Of a stretch of DNA of 64,000 nt, positions 8,846 to 18,404 are shown one piece after another. How positions within the stretch are numbered: position 1 is the stretch's first letter; each line of letters opens with the position of its first letter. A program made the position numbers and the translations under genes. Below the pieces are notes generated by a model. It saw nothing but the letters and a program-made list of their open reading frames with translations. It had not been told where the DNA came from and did no database searches. The DNA comes from a virus (taxonomy: Duplodnaviria; Heunggongvirae; Uroviricota; Caudoviricetes): the IMG/VR virus record IMGVR_UViG_3300044951_001136. One strand, written 5' to 3'.

Positions 8846-11103
8846 ACCATTCACCCGAAATTGATAGCATTATTGAACAAGCGATTCATCATGCTAAAGA
8901 AAGAAAACATCAATATGTAACCGTAGAACATTTACTTCTTGGTTTGATAAATCACAGTGCATTCAAAAAATGCTTGCATAGTTTTGGTGCAGATATTGAA
9001 ACAATGGATCAAGAGATTAAGGCATACTTAGACAGTTTACATGCCATTGTAAGCAAAGAGGATGAAGTAGTACCTCGTAAAACAAATAGTTTAGAACGAG
9101 TTATGAATCGTTCTGTAACACAAGTGTTATTCACCGGTCGTAGGCAAGTAACAACTATTGACTTGTATCTTAGCATTGCGGCAGAAGGGAATAGTCATGC
9201 TCATTATTTCTTGTTGAAATACGGAATCAACAAAAATGAATTTGTAGCACATTGGCAGAAAAATTATAAGCACAACGAAGTGGGTAATCTCACCGAGAAT
9301 CAAGCCGACGAAATTCTAGAAGAATATACCATCAACTTAACACAATTAGCGGCACAAGGTAAACTTGAACCAATGATTGGTCGCGGCAAAGAACTTGACG
9401 ATATCATTAATGTACTTGCTAAACGATTCAAGAGTAATGTATTGATGGTAGGTGACCCTGGGGTTGGTAAAACAGCAATCGCCGAAGGTCTAGCACAGAT
9501 GATGATCAACAAAGAAGTACCTGAATTCTTGCATGATCATCAAATATATAGCTTGGAGATTGGCTCATTGCTTGCAGGAAGTAAATATCGCGGGGACTTT
9601 GAAGAAAAAGTCAAAGCAGTACTGGATGCGTTAAACACAAAGAAAAAGACTATCCTTTTCATTGACGAGGCACATACTATGCAGGGTTCAGGGGGTTCAT
9701 CTACTGGTTCAGTGGACTTCAGTAACATGATTAAACCCGCAATTACTAAAGGTACTCTTAAAGTTATTGCTAGCACAACTTGGGAAGAATACTACGAAAG
9801 TTTTGAAAAGGACCGTGCATTGATGCGTAGATTCTATCGTGTGTCAGTTGATGAACCTAATCACGACACAACTATTCGTATATTGAATGGATTAAGTGCT
9901 AGACTTAATGATTTTCACAATGTTGAAATTACAGATGAGGCAATCAAAGCAGCAGTTGAAAGTGCTGATCGGTATATTCATGACCGAAAGAACCCAGACA
10001 AATCTATTGATTTACTTGATGCTGCTTGCGCTAAACAACGAGTAGCAGAGAACAAAGGGGCAATCATTACCAAAGACCTTGTATTTGATCAAGTTGAACG
10101 ATTCACCGGAGTCCCTGCTGACAAGATGAAGGGTGACAACTTTGATTTGATTCATAATTTAGAATCAAATATCAAGGACAAACTATATGGTCAAGATGAA
10201 ACTGTACAAAAAGTACTTGAACGAATTTATGTTAACTTTGCTGGTATTGGTAATGATAGTAAACCAACAGGTAGTTTCTTATTCTTAGGCCCTACTGGAA
10301 CTGGTAAAACAGAATTTGCCAAACTACTTAGCAAGAACTTGGATATGCCGCTACTTAAGTATGACATGAGTGAGTATTCAGAGAAGCATAGTGTTTCAAG
10401 TTTGATTGGACCTCCTCCGGGCTATGTTGGATTCGGTGATAGTCAAGTGTCGGGTGGTAGATTGATTAATGACTTGAGCAAGAACCCACATAGTATTATG
10501 CTATTTGATGAGGTTGAAAAAGCACATCCAGAAATCTTTAATATCTTTCTACAGATGTTAGATGAAGGGCATCTTACCGGTAGTAATGGCAAGCAAGTTA
10601 ACTGTAAAAACAGTATTATCATTATGACTAGTAACTTGGGTTCTAGTGATAGCGAACGCAACAACATTGGATTTGGCACACAAGAAAAGACCGGTGAAGA
10701 TGACAAAGCATTGAAAGAATTCTTCAAGCCTGAGTTCCGTAATCGTGTTGATTTGATTTGCAAGTTTAACAAGTTGGATACACTTGCTATTAAGAAGATT
10801 GTTATCAAGTTTACCGATGACTTGAAAAAGAGTTTGTTAGACAAACATGAAATTGTAATGAATCTAAGTGAGCCAGTGGTAGAATACTTAGCAGAGCAAG
10901 GATATGATAAGAAAATGGGCGCACGACCATTAAGTCGTAAGATTGATGAATTGATTCGGGTACCTCTAAGTAAGAAAGTCTTGTTTGAGCGCATTAAATC
11001 TGCAACAATCAATGTTGTAATGTCAGCCGGAGCAATTGATTTTGTAGTAACACACAAACTAACAGCAATGGTTGATGACAATGGATTAATTATTGTTAAC
11101 TAA
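8842..11103 (+). CDS. ClpA/Hsp100-family AAA+ unfoldase (two AAA modules, Clp N-domain)
   Basis: Clp_N-like VTVEHLLLGLI; D1 Walker A GDPGVGKTA, Walker B ILFIDEAH; D2 Walker A GPTGTGKTE, Walker B IMLFDEVEKAH; 753 aa like ClpA. Confidence 0.85.
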   Translation: MNHSPEIDSIIEQAIHHAKERKHQYVTVEHLLLGLINHSAFKKCLHSFGADIETMDQEIKAYLDSLHAIVSKEDEVVPRKTNSLERVMNRSVTQVLFTGRRQVTTIDLYLSIAAEGNSHAHYFLLKYGINKNEFVAHWQKNYKHNEVGNLTENQADEILEEYTINLTQLAAQGKLEPMIGRGKELDDIINVLAKRFKSNVLMVGDPGVGKTAIAEGLAQMMINKEVPEFLHDHQIYSLEIGSLLAGSKYRGDFEEKVKAVLDALNTKKKTILFIDEAHTMQGSGGSSTGSVDFSNMIKPAITKGTLKVIASTTWEEYYESFEKDRALMRRFYRVSVDEPNHDTTIRILNGLSARLNDFHNVEITDEAIKAAVESADRYIHDRKNPDKSIDLLDAACAKQRVAENKGAIITKDLVFDQVERFTGVPADKMKGDNFDLIHNLESNIKDKLYGQDETVQKVLERIYVNFAGIGNDSKPTGSFLFLGPTGTGKTEFAKLLSKNLDMPLLKYDMSEYSEKHSVSSLIGPPPGYVGFGDSQVSGGRLINDLSKNPHSIMLFDEVEKAHPEIFNIFLQMLDEGHLTGSNGKQVNCKNSIIIMTSNLGSSDSERNNIGFGTQEKTGEDDKALKEFFKPEFRNRVDLICKFNKLDTLAIKKIVIKFTDDLKKSLLDKHEIVMNLSEPVVEYLAEQGYDKKMGARPLSRKIDELIRVPLSKKVLFERIKSATINVVMSAGAIDFVVTHKLTAMVDDNGLIIVN

Positions 11104-11111
11104 GGAACATA

Positions 11112-11837
11112 ATGGGCTTGATAAGATCAATTAAAGACATTCCCGATATTGATTATTATGAATATCGGGATAGTAAGTTTTATAACAAATATAGATATCG
11201 TGCTAAACTAAATATCCCGGGGTTGAATTTTACTTATTATATTAAAACTCCAGAAGAATTGGTGAATAGAGTGAATGCAATCGGATATAGACGTATTCAC
11301 GCCAATAGGAAATCCGAGATTATGCCAAATTTACAAAGACTTTGTGCATTTGTTGATTGGCGTAATACTCACAAAACTCGCAAAAAGACGGGTGAGATGA
11401 CCAGTAGAATTGAGCAGGATAGTGCCGCAATCTTTAGTAATGATTTAGAGTTGTTACTAACATTGAAAGAAGTTTGTAATGATATTAAAATCACTGAAGC
11501 ACAGGTGGAGGAATTTTCAGGTATAAAATACTATGTTAATGAGCCAAAGCATAAGTACAGAATTTATCTAAAATCTGCTCATATTAAGGATAAAAACTTT
11601 ATCAACGATTTAGCTGTTACACTTAAGAAAAACCAAGACTTAGTTGCTAGTAAATCGTTAATCTCTTGGTTAAAAGAGTATTCCTTATTTAATCCCTTCA
11701 AGTGGAGATATAATTACACCCATAGTAGTCATTCTATTGATTACGATAATGAAAGTACACTAAGCTATTTGATGCTAATGTATGGTGACATGCTTGGAAA
11801 ACGATATAAATTAGAGAAGTGTATAATACCTATCTAA
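11112..11837 (+). CDS. hypothetical protein (241 aa)
   Basis: ORF. Confidence 0.5.
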   Translation: MGLIRSIKDIPDIDYYEYRDSKFYNKYRYRAKLNIPGLNFTYYIKTPEELVNRVNAIGYRRIHANRKSEIMPNLQRLCAFVDWRNTHKTRKKTGEMTSRIEQDSAAIFSNDLELLLTLKEVCNDIKITEAQVEEFSGIKYYVNEPKHKYRIYLKSAHIKDKNFINDLAVTLKKNQDLVASKSLISWLKEYSLFNPFKWRYNYTHSSHSIDYDNESTLSYLMLMYGDMLGKRYKLEKCIIPI

Positions 11838-11840
11838 AAT

Positions 11841-11857
11841 GATAAATACTCTATAAT
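11841..11857 (+). promoter_or_regulatory. GATAAATACTCTATAAT motif (T4-late-like); the 17-mer TGATAAATACTCTATAA is identical to the one at 18373
   Basis: Read in sequence upstream of small ORF 11870. Confidence 0.4.
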
Positions 11858-11869
11858 GGGGTATTTTTC

Positions 11870-12037
11870 ATGGCAAAAATCGTAACAGAATCGGTTGTAA
11901 TAACCTTTAGTAAAATTGTTAAGGATGGCGAATCAGATAATGCTGATATCGTTGGGGCTGACGTTCAGCAAGCATTGGAGCAAGTTGCCCAGGAACTTGT
12001 AGGCAGAGGCGTAGTAGTTGAAGTGGTAAAAGCATAA
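11870..12037 (+). CDS. small hypothetical protein (55 aa), TAATG-coupled to next gene
   Basis: ORF below the track cutoff; ends TAA overlapping ATG 12037. Confidence 0.3.
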   Translation: MAKIVTESVVITFSKIVKDGESDNADIVGADVQQALEQVAQELVGRGVVVEVVKA

Positions 12038-12396
12038 TGAGTCAATCTACCACACTTATTCTATTACCGCAAACTACCTATCAAAATCCAGGTAACGGGG
12101 CACCCTACACAGTTGTAGGGAATGCTCAACCTGCTGCTGCGTATTACTTGGGTAATAGAGATTTACAAACAGTTAACTTTAATGTATCTAATATTATTGG
12201 TAATATCGTTATTCAAGCTACACTAGCAAATCCAGCGACAGTTGACAATCAATGGTTTGATGTATATGAGTATGATGGAAGTGCTAATCCAAACGCCAAT
12301 GTATATACTAATGTTACTGGTAACTTTGTTTACATGAGAGCAAAAGTAGCAGACTTCCAACAAGGTATTGTTGGGTACATTAAACTAAGTTATTAA
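12037..12396 (+). CDS. hypothetical protein (119 aa), probably a late/structural gene
   Basis: ORF downstream of late-like motif. Confidence 0.5.
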   Translation: MSQSTTLILLPQTTYQNPGNGAPYTVVGNAQPAAAYYLGNRDLQTVNFNVSNIIGNIVIQATLANPATVDNQWFDVYEYDGSANPNANVYTNVTGNFVYMRAKVADFQQGIVGYIKLSY

Positions 12397-12406
12397 AGGA
12401 AATAAA

Positions 12407-12937
12407 ATGAGTACAGCACTTTTTAGAAAATATATTGATATGATAAATGAGGCACAAGAAGGTGGCCCTGCTGACATACAACAAATAGCAGCAGGTATGG
12501 AATTCTTACCTACACATAAGCAACCAAAACAATACAAATATGTAGATGGTGGTATGCCAGGTAAGATGCCAGCAATGACATATACTGTAGCAACACAACA
12601 AATGCCAGTTGTTACTATTACTAGTGATGGTAAAGAAACACAAAATGTTGCTGAACCAAATGATATAATTATGTCTGGCCCAAGCAGAGAAAATTATGTT
12701 GTTAAGTCAGCAAAATTTCCTAAATTATATCAAGGTAAACTAGGTGAAGTTGTTGTGCCCGAACAGGGTCCTAGAATGGTAGCATTGTATACTGGTCAAC
12801 AACCAATCACATTTACTGCGTCATGGGGTGAGCAAATGGTATTAAAGCCAGGGGATTACCTAGTCAAAGACGGTGATAACTACTATCGTATTGCTAAAGT
12901 AGAATACGAACAAACATATAACCCACCGGGTAAATAA
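12407..12937 (+). CDS. hypothetical protein (176 aa)
   Basis: ORF with AAAGGAAATAAAATG SD. Confidence 0.5.
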   Translation: MSTALFRKYIDMINEAQEGGPADIQQIAAGMEFLPTHKQPKQYKYVDGGMPGKMPAMTYTVATQQMPVVTITSDGKETQNVAEPNDIIMSGPSRENYVVKSAKFPKLYQGKLGEVVVPEQGPRMVALYTGQQPITFTASWGEQMVLKPGDYLVKDGDNYYRIAKVEYEQTYNPPGK

Positions 12938-15900
12938 TGAAAATCAGTGCCCTACTTGAAGGTCGTACACACCTAGACGAAGGTGGCAATCTATCTATTA
13001 ACGGAAAAGAAGCACAGCATTTAGATTTAAAGGTAACTAAGCGTAGTTACATGGTTCCTAAATTAAATGAACTACTTTACGCAATTAATTCTGCTTATTT
13101 TAAAATGTATAAGCAAGGATTATGGAGTAATGAACTCTTAACAAGTGGTAAGTTCTTAAGTGGAAGTTCATTGCATTTCTTTAATGTTAAGGGTATCTCT
13201 GATGAGGTATTTACAGAAAAGAAACCAACTGTTGGTGATATTGACACCATGGTTGACAAAACAAAAGAACCTAACTTACAACAATTCTTGACAGCATACA
13301 CTAACAAACAAATAGGTGCTGCGACATTTTTAGGATTTCAAAGAGGCAATGAACAATTCTCTGGATTGTTTGAATTGCAAGACCCACCTGTTAAAGTACA
13401 GATTGATTTTGAATTTGTAGAATTTGAAAAAGACAATCCAACTGATTGGGCTAGATTTAGTCATAGTAGCGCATGGGAGGATTTGCAAGCAGGAGTTAAA
13501 GGTGTATTCCATAAATGGTTGATACAAGCATTTACAGCACTAACTCGCAAAGACTTCATATTACGAAAATTGGTTGGTAGAGGTAAATTAAGACAAGAAC
13601 AAGATGTTCCTACCACAGATAACATGTATTCTTTTGCAGTATCTAGCAAAGAAGGTGGCGGACTACGAGCAAAGTATGAACCGGTATTAGATGATAATGG
13701 AAAACCGTTAGTTAGTAAAGGTTTACCTGTAATGCGGGAAGCACCTACATCAGGATATAATCAAGACATTGGACAAATCTTTTCAACGATTTTAGACCAA
13801 CGATTAAATCCTAAACAAGCAAAAGCATTGCAAAAACAATTCTGGTCATTCACTGGCTTATTACAAGTAATGAATTCTTTGATGAGTCCTGAAGAAAAAG
13901 AACAAGTAATGCAGGGGTTCTTGCAAAAGACAATAGGGCCAGGTGCACAGGGTATGTACAAAAATAACCCTGATAAAGATATTGCAGAGAAAATGGTAGC
14001 GATCAACACCTTACTAGACACATTAAAACTATCTAAGTCCGCTGAATTAGACCAACTACTTGCTGCATACCGTAAATCATTCAAATATACATCAGCTGGT
14101 GCTGAAGAAAAAGCAGGAGCTGATGCCGATGTTGTAAAATCAATGGCAAAGAATACATTAGCCGAAGCAGTTCCTAGCTATAAGCGTAAGGGTATTCAAC
14201 ATATATACAATCCTGGTTCATCTACTGAGATGAAGGATGCAGATTTTATCAATTTTTGTAAAGAGATAGCACAAGATGGTGGCAATTTTGCAAATGTTCC
14301 TATTAACTTGAAAGTAGATGGTGCTGGCATAAGATTTGGCAGAACACAAAATGGTGAACCATTCTTTATGACTAGTAGAGTTGAAACTCCCATGACTAAA
14401 GCCAACATTGGTGATTTTGAGAAGTATGGAAGAAGTCAAGGTCAATCTGATGAGCAACTGACAAGAACACAAAATTATGATAAAGTATTAAGTATAATTG
14501 TTAATGCTAAATTTATGAAAGATATTCCACCTGATACAATTGTCAATGCTGAAATGTTATTCAATCCAATGGCACAACAAGATAGTGGTGGTTTTAAGTT
14601 TGTTAACATCCCATATGATCCTAAGAAATTAGGTAAGGTAATGACTCTTGTTCCAATTACTGTTAAGCAATACAGTACGGGTGAACAAAGTCCTGATGCT
14701 GATGAGATTAAAGAAGCATTAATTAAAGATAGCACCCCTGATATCAAAATGATTAATAATACATTGAGCCATAAAGGCATTGATGTTAGTAAAATTGTTA
14801 ATCCTATCGTAAAGAACTCAGCAGCATTATTGAATGCGGTGTCTCAGAGAGGGGATTCACCTGACAAACAAAAAGCAAAAGCAATATTATCTGCTGCAAG
14901 ACAAGCATTAAGCAAGGTGATTATTAACAGTCCTATACCAGGGAAAGATCAACTTGGTGATATGATTGAAGGTCTTGTTATTAATATGCCAAGCGGTACT
15001 CTTGCTAAAGTAACAAGTCCTGACATGCAGCAAAAGATGGCTGACAAACAAGCCATGAACAAGAAGCCAACTGAAGGTGGAAATCGCACAACCACCGCAG
15101 TAATCACTTATGGTTCATTTGTGGGTCATAAAGGACATGAACAGTTAATTGATGAAACAATTGCTATAGCAAAACAAGTGGGTGGAGTACCATTCATATA
15201 TGTAAGTCCAGTTGTTGGTCCAGATGATCCTATTCCACCAGCAGACAAAGTTAAAACATTGCAGAAGTTGTATCCACAATATGCAAACAACATTCAAGTT
15301 TGGGATGCAGGCGGAACTGCAATGAAGAAGATTGAAAAAGAACTTGTTCTTCCGGCTAATAGTAAATACAATAAAATTATAGTTGTAGTAGGTGCGGATA
15401 GAAAAGACAGTACAGAGTCGTGGTTAAATAGTTTAGAAAAGCGCATGAAAGATCCAGTTGCATTAGCCAAGTATGGTGGGACACAAAATCAAGTTGAATT
15501 TCAAACAATTGGTACAGAGCGTGATCCTGAAAAAGGTGGAACTGGAATAAGTTTTACTCAATTGCGTGATATCTTAAAAAATCCTAATGCAAGTGAACAA
15601 GACAAATTAAACGTTTGGATGCAGGCATTTGATTCACAAAAGCTAGGAGTAGCGTGGATAAAGCATTTAATGGATACTACTGCAAAATATTCAAACAATC
15701 AACCGCAAGCTATTAAAGAGTATATTAAAAAGATTAAGCCAATGCTTGAGTATGCTACTCCTATTCAGAAAGTTAAAATATACAATCAATTGTTAGAAGC
15801 AAAACAACATCTAGATGAGATGGGTGCTACCATTGAACCTATAGAAGAAGAAGAGGTGATGGCTCATATGGCAAACGCCTTAATCAAAGGTGCACCTATT

Positions 15901-16002
15901 GCCAAACTAAGAGCAGCAAGAGATCAAGAACGGATGAAAAAACGTGAACAAGATTATGGTCGTCCGCAAGCTCCTAAATTTGATTATCTAGACGAAAAAT
16001 AA
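12937..16002 (+). CDS. large multidomain protein (1021 aa): N-terminal Pol-beta-like nucleotidyltransferase motif, central KxDG ligase-like motif, C-terminal HxGH cytidylyltransferase-fold domain
   Basis: LSGSSLHF...GDIDTMV; NLKVDGAGIRFGRT; C-terminal ITYGSFVGHKGHEQL ... GGTGISFTQLRDIL (NMNAT/TagD-like HxGH and ISxTxIR motifs). Confidence 0.55.
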   Translation: MKISALLEGRTHLDEGGNLSINGKEAQHLDLKVTKRSYMVPKLNELLYAINSAYFKMYKQGLWSNELLTSGKFLSGSSLHFFNVKGISDEVFTEKKPTVGDIDTMVDKTKEPNLQQFLTAYTNKQIGAATFLGFQRGNEQFSGLFELQDPPVKVQIDFEFVEFEKDNPTDWARFSHSSAWEDLQAGVKGVFHKWLIQAFTALTRKDFILRKLVGRGKLRQEQDVPTTDNMYSFAVSSKEGGGLRAKYEPVLDDNGKPLVSKGLPVMREAPTSGYNQDIGQIFSTILDQRLNPKQAKALQKQFWSFTGLLQVMNSLMSPEEKEQVMQGFLQKTIGPGAQGMYKNNPDKDIAEKMVAINTLLDTLKLSKSAELDQLLAAYRKSFKYTSAGAEEKAGADADVVKSMAKNTLAEAVPSYKRKGIQHIYNPGSSTEMKDADFINFCKEIAQDGGNFANVPINLKVDGAGIRFGRTQNGEPFFMTSRVETPMTKANIGDFEKYGRSQGQSDEQLTRTQNYDKVLSIIVNAKFMKDIPPDTIVNAEMLFNPMAQQDSGGFKFVNIPYDPKKLGKVMTLVPITVKQYSTGEQSPDADEIKEALIKDSTPDIKMINNTLSHKGIDVSKIVNPIVKNSAALLNAVSQRGDSPDKQKAKAILSAARQALSKVIINSPIPGKDQLGDMIEGLVINMPSGTLAKVTSPDMQQKMADKQAMNKKPTEGGNRTTTAVITYGSFVGHKGHEQLIDETIAIAKQVGGVPFIYVSPVVGPDDPIPPADKVKTLQKLYPQYANNIQVWDAGGTAMKKIEKELVLPANSKYNKIIVVVGADRKDSTESWLNSLEKRMKDPVALAKYGGTQNQVEFQTIGTERDPEKGGTGISFTQLRDILKNPNASEQDKLNVWMQAFDSQKLGVAWIKHLMDTTAKYSNNQPQAIKEYIKKIKPMLEYATPIQKVKIYNQLLEAKQHLDEMGATIEPIEEEEVMAHMANALIKGAPIAKLRAARDQERMKKREQDYGRPQAPKFDYLDEK

Positions 16003-16058
16003 AAATATTTCGTACCCCTCTGCCTGATGTAAATAATTACATCATTTAAGAGGACCTT

Positions 16059-16988
16059 ATGGCAACAAGAAAACCCAAAGAAGCAGCAGAAGAAAAATCA
16101 GTACCAGTAGAAATGGTACAAGAAATTGCTGCACAAGCAGCAGAGGAACAAGCAGAAAAAGCAGCAGATGCTCCTGCTGAAGCACCCGCTGCAGGACAAG
16201 TACAAGTTAATGTAGACTTTCTGCGTACAACCAAAGTGCATATTTCTATGCCTTGCTATGGAGGTATGTTGACTGAATCAACATTTATGAGTTTCATCAA
16301 GTGGGCTAACACCGCCCGTCAATTAAACATTGACTGGACATTGGAAACAATGGTCAACGAATCACTAATCAGTCGTGCCCGTAATACACTAACTGCTAAG
16401 TTCTTAGACATGCCTGACGCAACACACTTATTCTTTGTTGATGCTGACATTGGTTGGGAACCATGGCATTTGTTGGTATTGTTAAATCGGGATGTAGATG
16501 TTATCGGTGGATTGTATCCCATGAAGACTATGCCTATCAAGTGGGTAGTTAACGGATTTGACGGTGCTGAAGAAGGAACAGACGGATTACAAGAAGTATC
16601 TAAAGCAGGCACTGGCTTCTTACTAATGAAGAAACATGTATTTGAGAAATTGAAATCTCATCCAGCAGTCAAGCAATACAAGAATGACATTGGATTAGAT
16701 CCAAAGTATGATCAACACTTGAAAACATATTTTGACACTGCGGTGCGTCAGAATCGTTACTATAGCGAAGATTGGACTTTCTGTGAAAACTGGCGGGATA
16801 TCGGTGGTAAGATTTGGGTGGATAAGCGTGTTCTATTGCGTCATTCAGGTAGTTATGTGTTCTGTCAGGAAAATCAAGAACATCTAATTAACACAGTTGG
16901 ACCAATGTTCATGGAAAGACAACAAAGTCTGGGATTGAAACTAGTTGACAAAGACGGCAACGAAGTCAAATCAATTAAAGCAGCATAA
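16059..16988 (+). CDS. putative GT-A-like glycosyltransferase
   Basis: ISMPCYGG ... LFFVDADIGW (DxD-like) pattern; AAGAGGA SD. Confidence 0.45.
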   Translation: MATRKPKEAAEEKSVPVEMVQEIAAQAAEEQAEKAADAPAEAPAAGQVQVNVDFLRTTKVHISMPCYGGMLTESTFMSFIKWANTARQLNIDWTLETMVNESLISRARNTLTAKFLDMPDATHLFFVDADIGWEPWHLLVLLNRDVDVIGGLYPMKTMPIKWVVNGFDGAEEGTDGLQEVSKAGTGFLLMKKHVFEKLKSHPAVKQYKNDIGLDPKYDQHLKTYFDTAVRQNRYYSEDWTFCENWRDIGGKIWVDKRVLLRHSGSYVFCQENQEHLINTVGPMFMERQQSLGLKLVDKDGNEVKSIKAA

Positions 16989-16990
16989 GA

Positions 16991-17014
16991 AGGCCCCGAA
17001 AGGGGCTTTTTTTT
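16991..17014 (+). terminator. intrinsic terminator
   Basis: aggcccc-gaaa-ggggct followed by tttttttt. Confidence 0.7.
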
Positions 17015-17022
17015 GATAAATA
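17015..17022 (+). promoter_or_regulatory. GATAAATA late-like motif 4 nt upstream of ATG 17027
   Basis: ttttgataaataactaATG. Confidence 0.4.
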
Positions 17023-17026
17023 ACTA

Positions 17027-18352
17027 ATGAACCTAAAAGAATTAAACAGTTTTAAACTAAGTGATGCAGTTACATTCCACGACAAACTTAATCCAAAGTT
17101 ATGGAACGGTACTAAACTACGGTCAGAAGTTAGAGAACAACTTATAAAGATAGCACAAGACTTTTTATCGGAATTAGGGGTACATGATTTAGATGTAAAA
17201 GACATCACCATATCAGGCAGTAATGCTGCATTTAGTTACACAAAGCACAGTGATTTAGATTTGCATATATTAGTAGACATGGGCAATTTGCCTATAGATG
17301 AAGTATATAAAGAGTTATTCAATGCAAAGAAAACAATTTACAATGATTCCCATGATATAACAATTCATAAAATTCCAGTAGAATTGTATGTACAAGACAG
17401 TAGAGAACCTGTAGTAAGTTTAGGTGAATATAGTATAATTAATGACCAGTGGATAAGAATACCCACTAAGCGTAGAAGTGATTTTGACCAAACTGCCACT
17501 AAAAGTAAGTATGAAAAGTTATTAGCTGTAATGGAGATTGCCCTCAAATCAAGAAAGTACAGCAGAGTAAAACATATATTAGATACAATCAAAAGATATA
17601 GACAAGCAGGGTTAGATAAAGGGGGTGAATTTTCACCTGAGAATTTAGCATTTAAGATGTTGCGTAGCCAGGGATATATTACAAAGTTGTATGATTTAAG
17701 AAACAAGTTACATAGTGAGAAGTTATCGTTTGAAACTATGTATCGTAATGTCACAGACGAAGATTATGATCCAAATGGTCCTCCTCCTGGACCAGAGTTT
17801 AAACCAACGATGCCCGCAGGTACTGTTAAAGTAGATGTTAGTGATGTATATGATTGGTATAAGTTAGGTCAACATATTAGCAATCTTAAAGGATTAGGAA
17901 AGCATGATTTTGGTAAAGGACCACCTAGTACCATACTGGCGTTTGGAAGTGAAGATGAAGAACATAAGTATATTGATGCACTAAAAAAGACTGGATTAAC
18001 AACAACAGATATTGATCCAGTTGATCCAAAACAACCTAAAGGTATGCCTAGACAGAAAGTTGATCCTACATATAATGTCGGTGAAAATTACACTATGCAA
18101 TTTGCCAGTGAAAAGACTTCAGCAATAAATCCATACGGTGGGCGTAAAGACAATCAATATCGTGGTGGAATAAGTGAAGCAAGTGGTTACATTCCTTCCG
18201 AGTCAGAAAAAAATGATCCACGATTTAAGACCGCACTAACCGTGGATGTGAATCCGTATAGCATTCAGGACAACTCTACGAGACTAGGGTTAGGTAAAAT
18301 AAAAAGAAGCGGTGTACCAAAAACTGCCCCTACAAACGGAAAAATCTCTTAA
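17027..18352 (+). CDS. Pol-beta-superfamily nucleotidyltransferase-domain protein (441 aa)
   Basis: ITISGSNAAFSYTKHSDLDLHILVD fits the hG[GS]x9-13DhDh minimal NTase motif. Confidence 0.55.
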   Translation: MNLKELNSFKLSDAVTFHDKLNPKLWNGTKLRSEVREQLIKIAQDFLSELGVHDLDVKDITISGSNAAFSYTKHSDLDLHILVDMGNLPIDEVYKELFNAKKTIYNDSHDITIHKIPVELYVQDSREPVVSLGEYSIINDQWIRIPTKRRSDFDQTATKSKYEKLLAVMEIALKSRKYSRVKHILDTIKRYRQAGLDKGGEFSPENLAFKMLRSQGYITKLYDLRNKLHSEKLSFETMYRNVTDEDYDPNGPPPGPEFKPTMPAGTVKVDVSDVYDWYKLGQHISNLKGLGKHDFGKGPPSTILAFGSEDEEHKYIDALKKTGLTTTDIDPVDPKQPKGMPRQKVDPTYNVGENYTMQFASEKTSAINPYGGRKDNQYRGGISEASGYIPSESEKNDPRFKTALTVDVNPYSIQDNSTRLGLGKIKRSGVPKTAPTNGKIS

Positions 18353-18373
18353 GTTTCCATATTATGGTATTTT

Positions 18374-18390
18374 GATAAATACTCTATAAC
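18374..18390 (+). promoter_or_regulatory. GATAAATACTCTATAAC late-like motif upstream of 18405
   Basis: Read in sequence. Confidence 0.4.
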
Positions 18391-18404
18391 TTTGGGAAAC
18401 CAGC

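Noticed and set aside
9300-11081. Antisense ORFs 9300..9512, 9540..9776 and 10443..11081 inside the ClpA-like gene
   Set aside because: Fully embedded opposite a strongly supported AAA+ coding sequence with intact Walker motifs. No start context. Typical AT-rich antisense noise. The same reasoning applies to other short embedded ORFs in the track (for example 13095..14780 minus, 27264..27543 minus, 35840..36106 minus).
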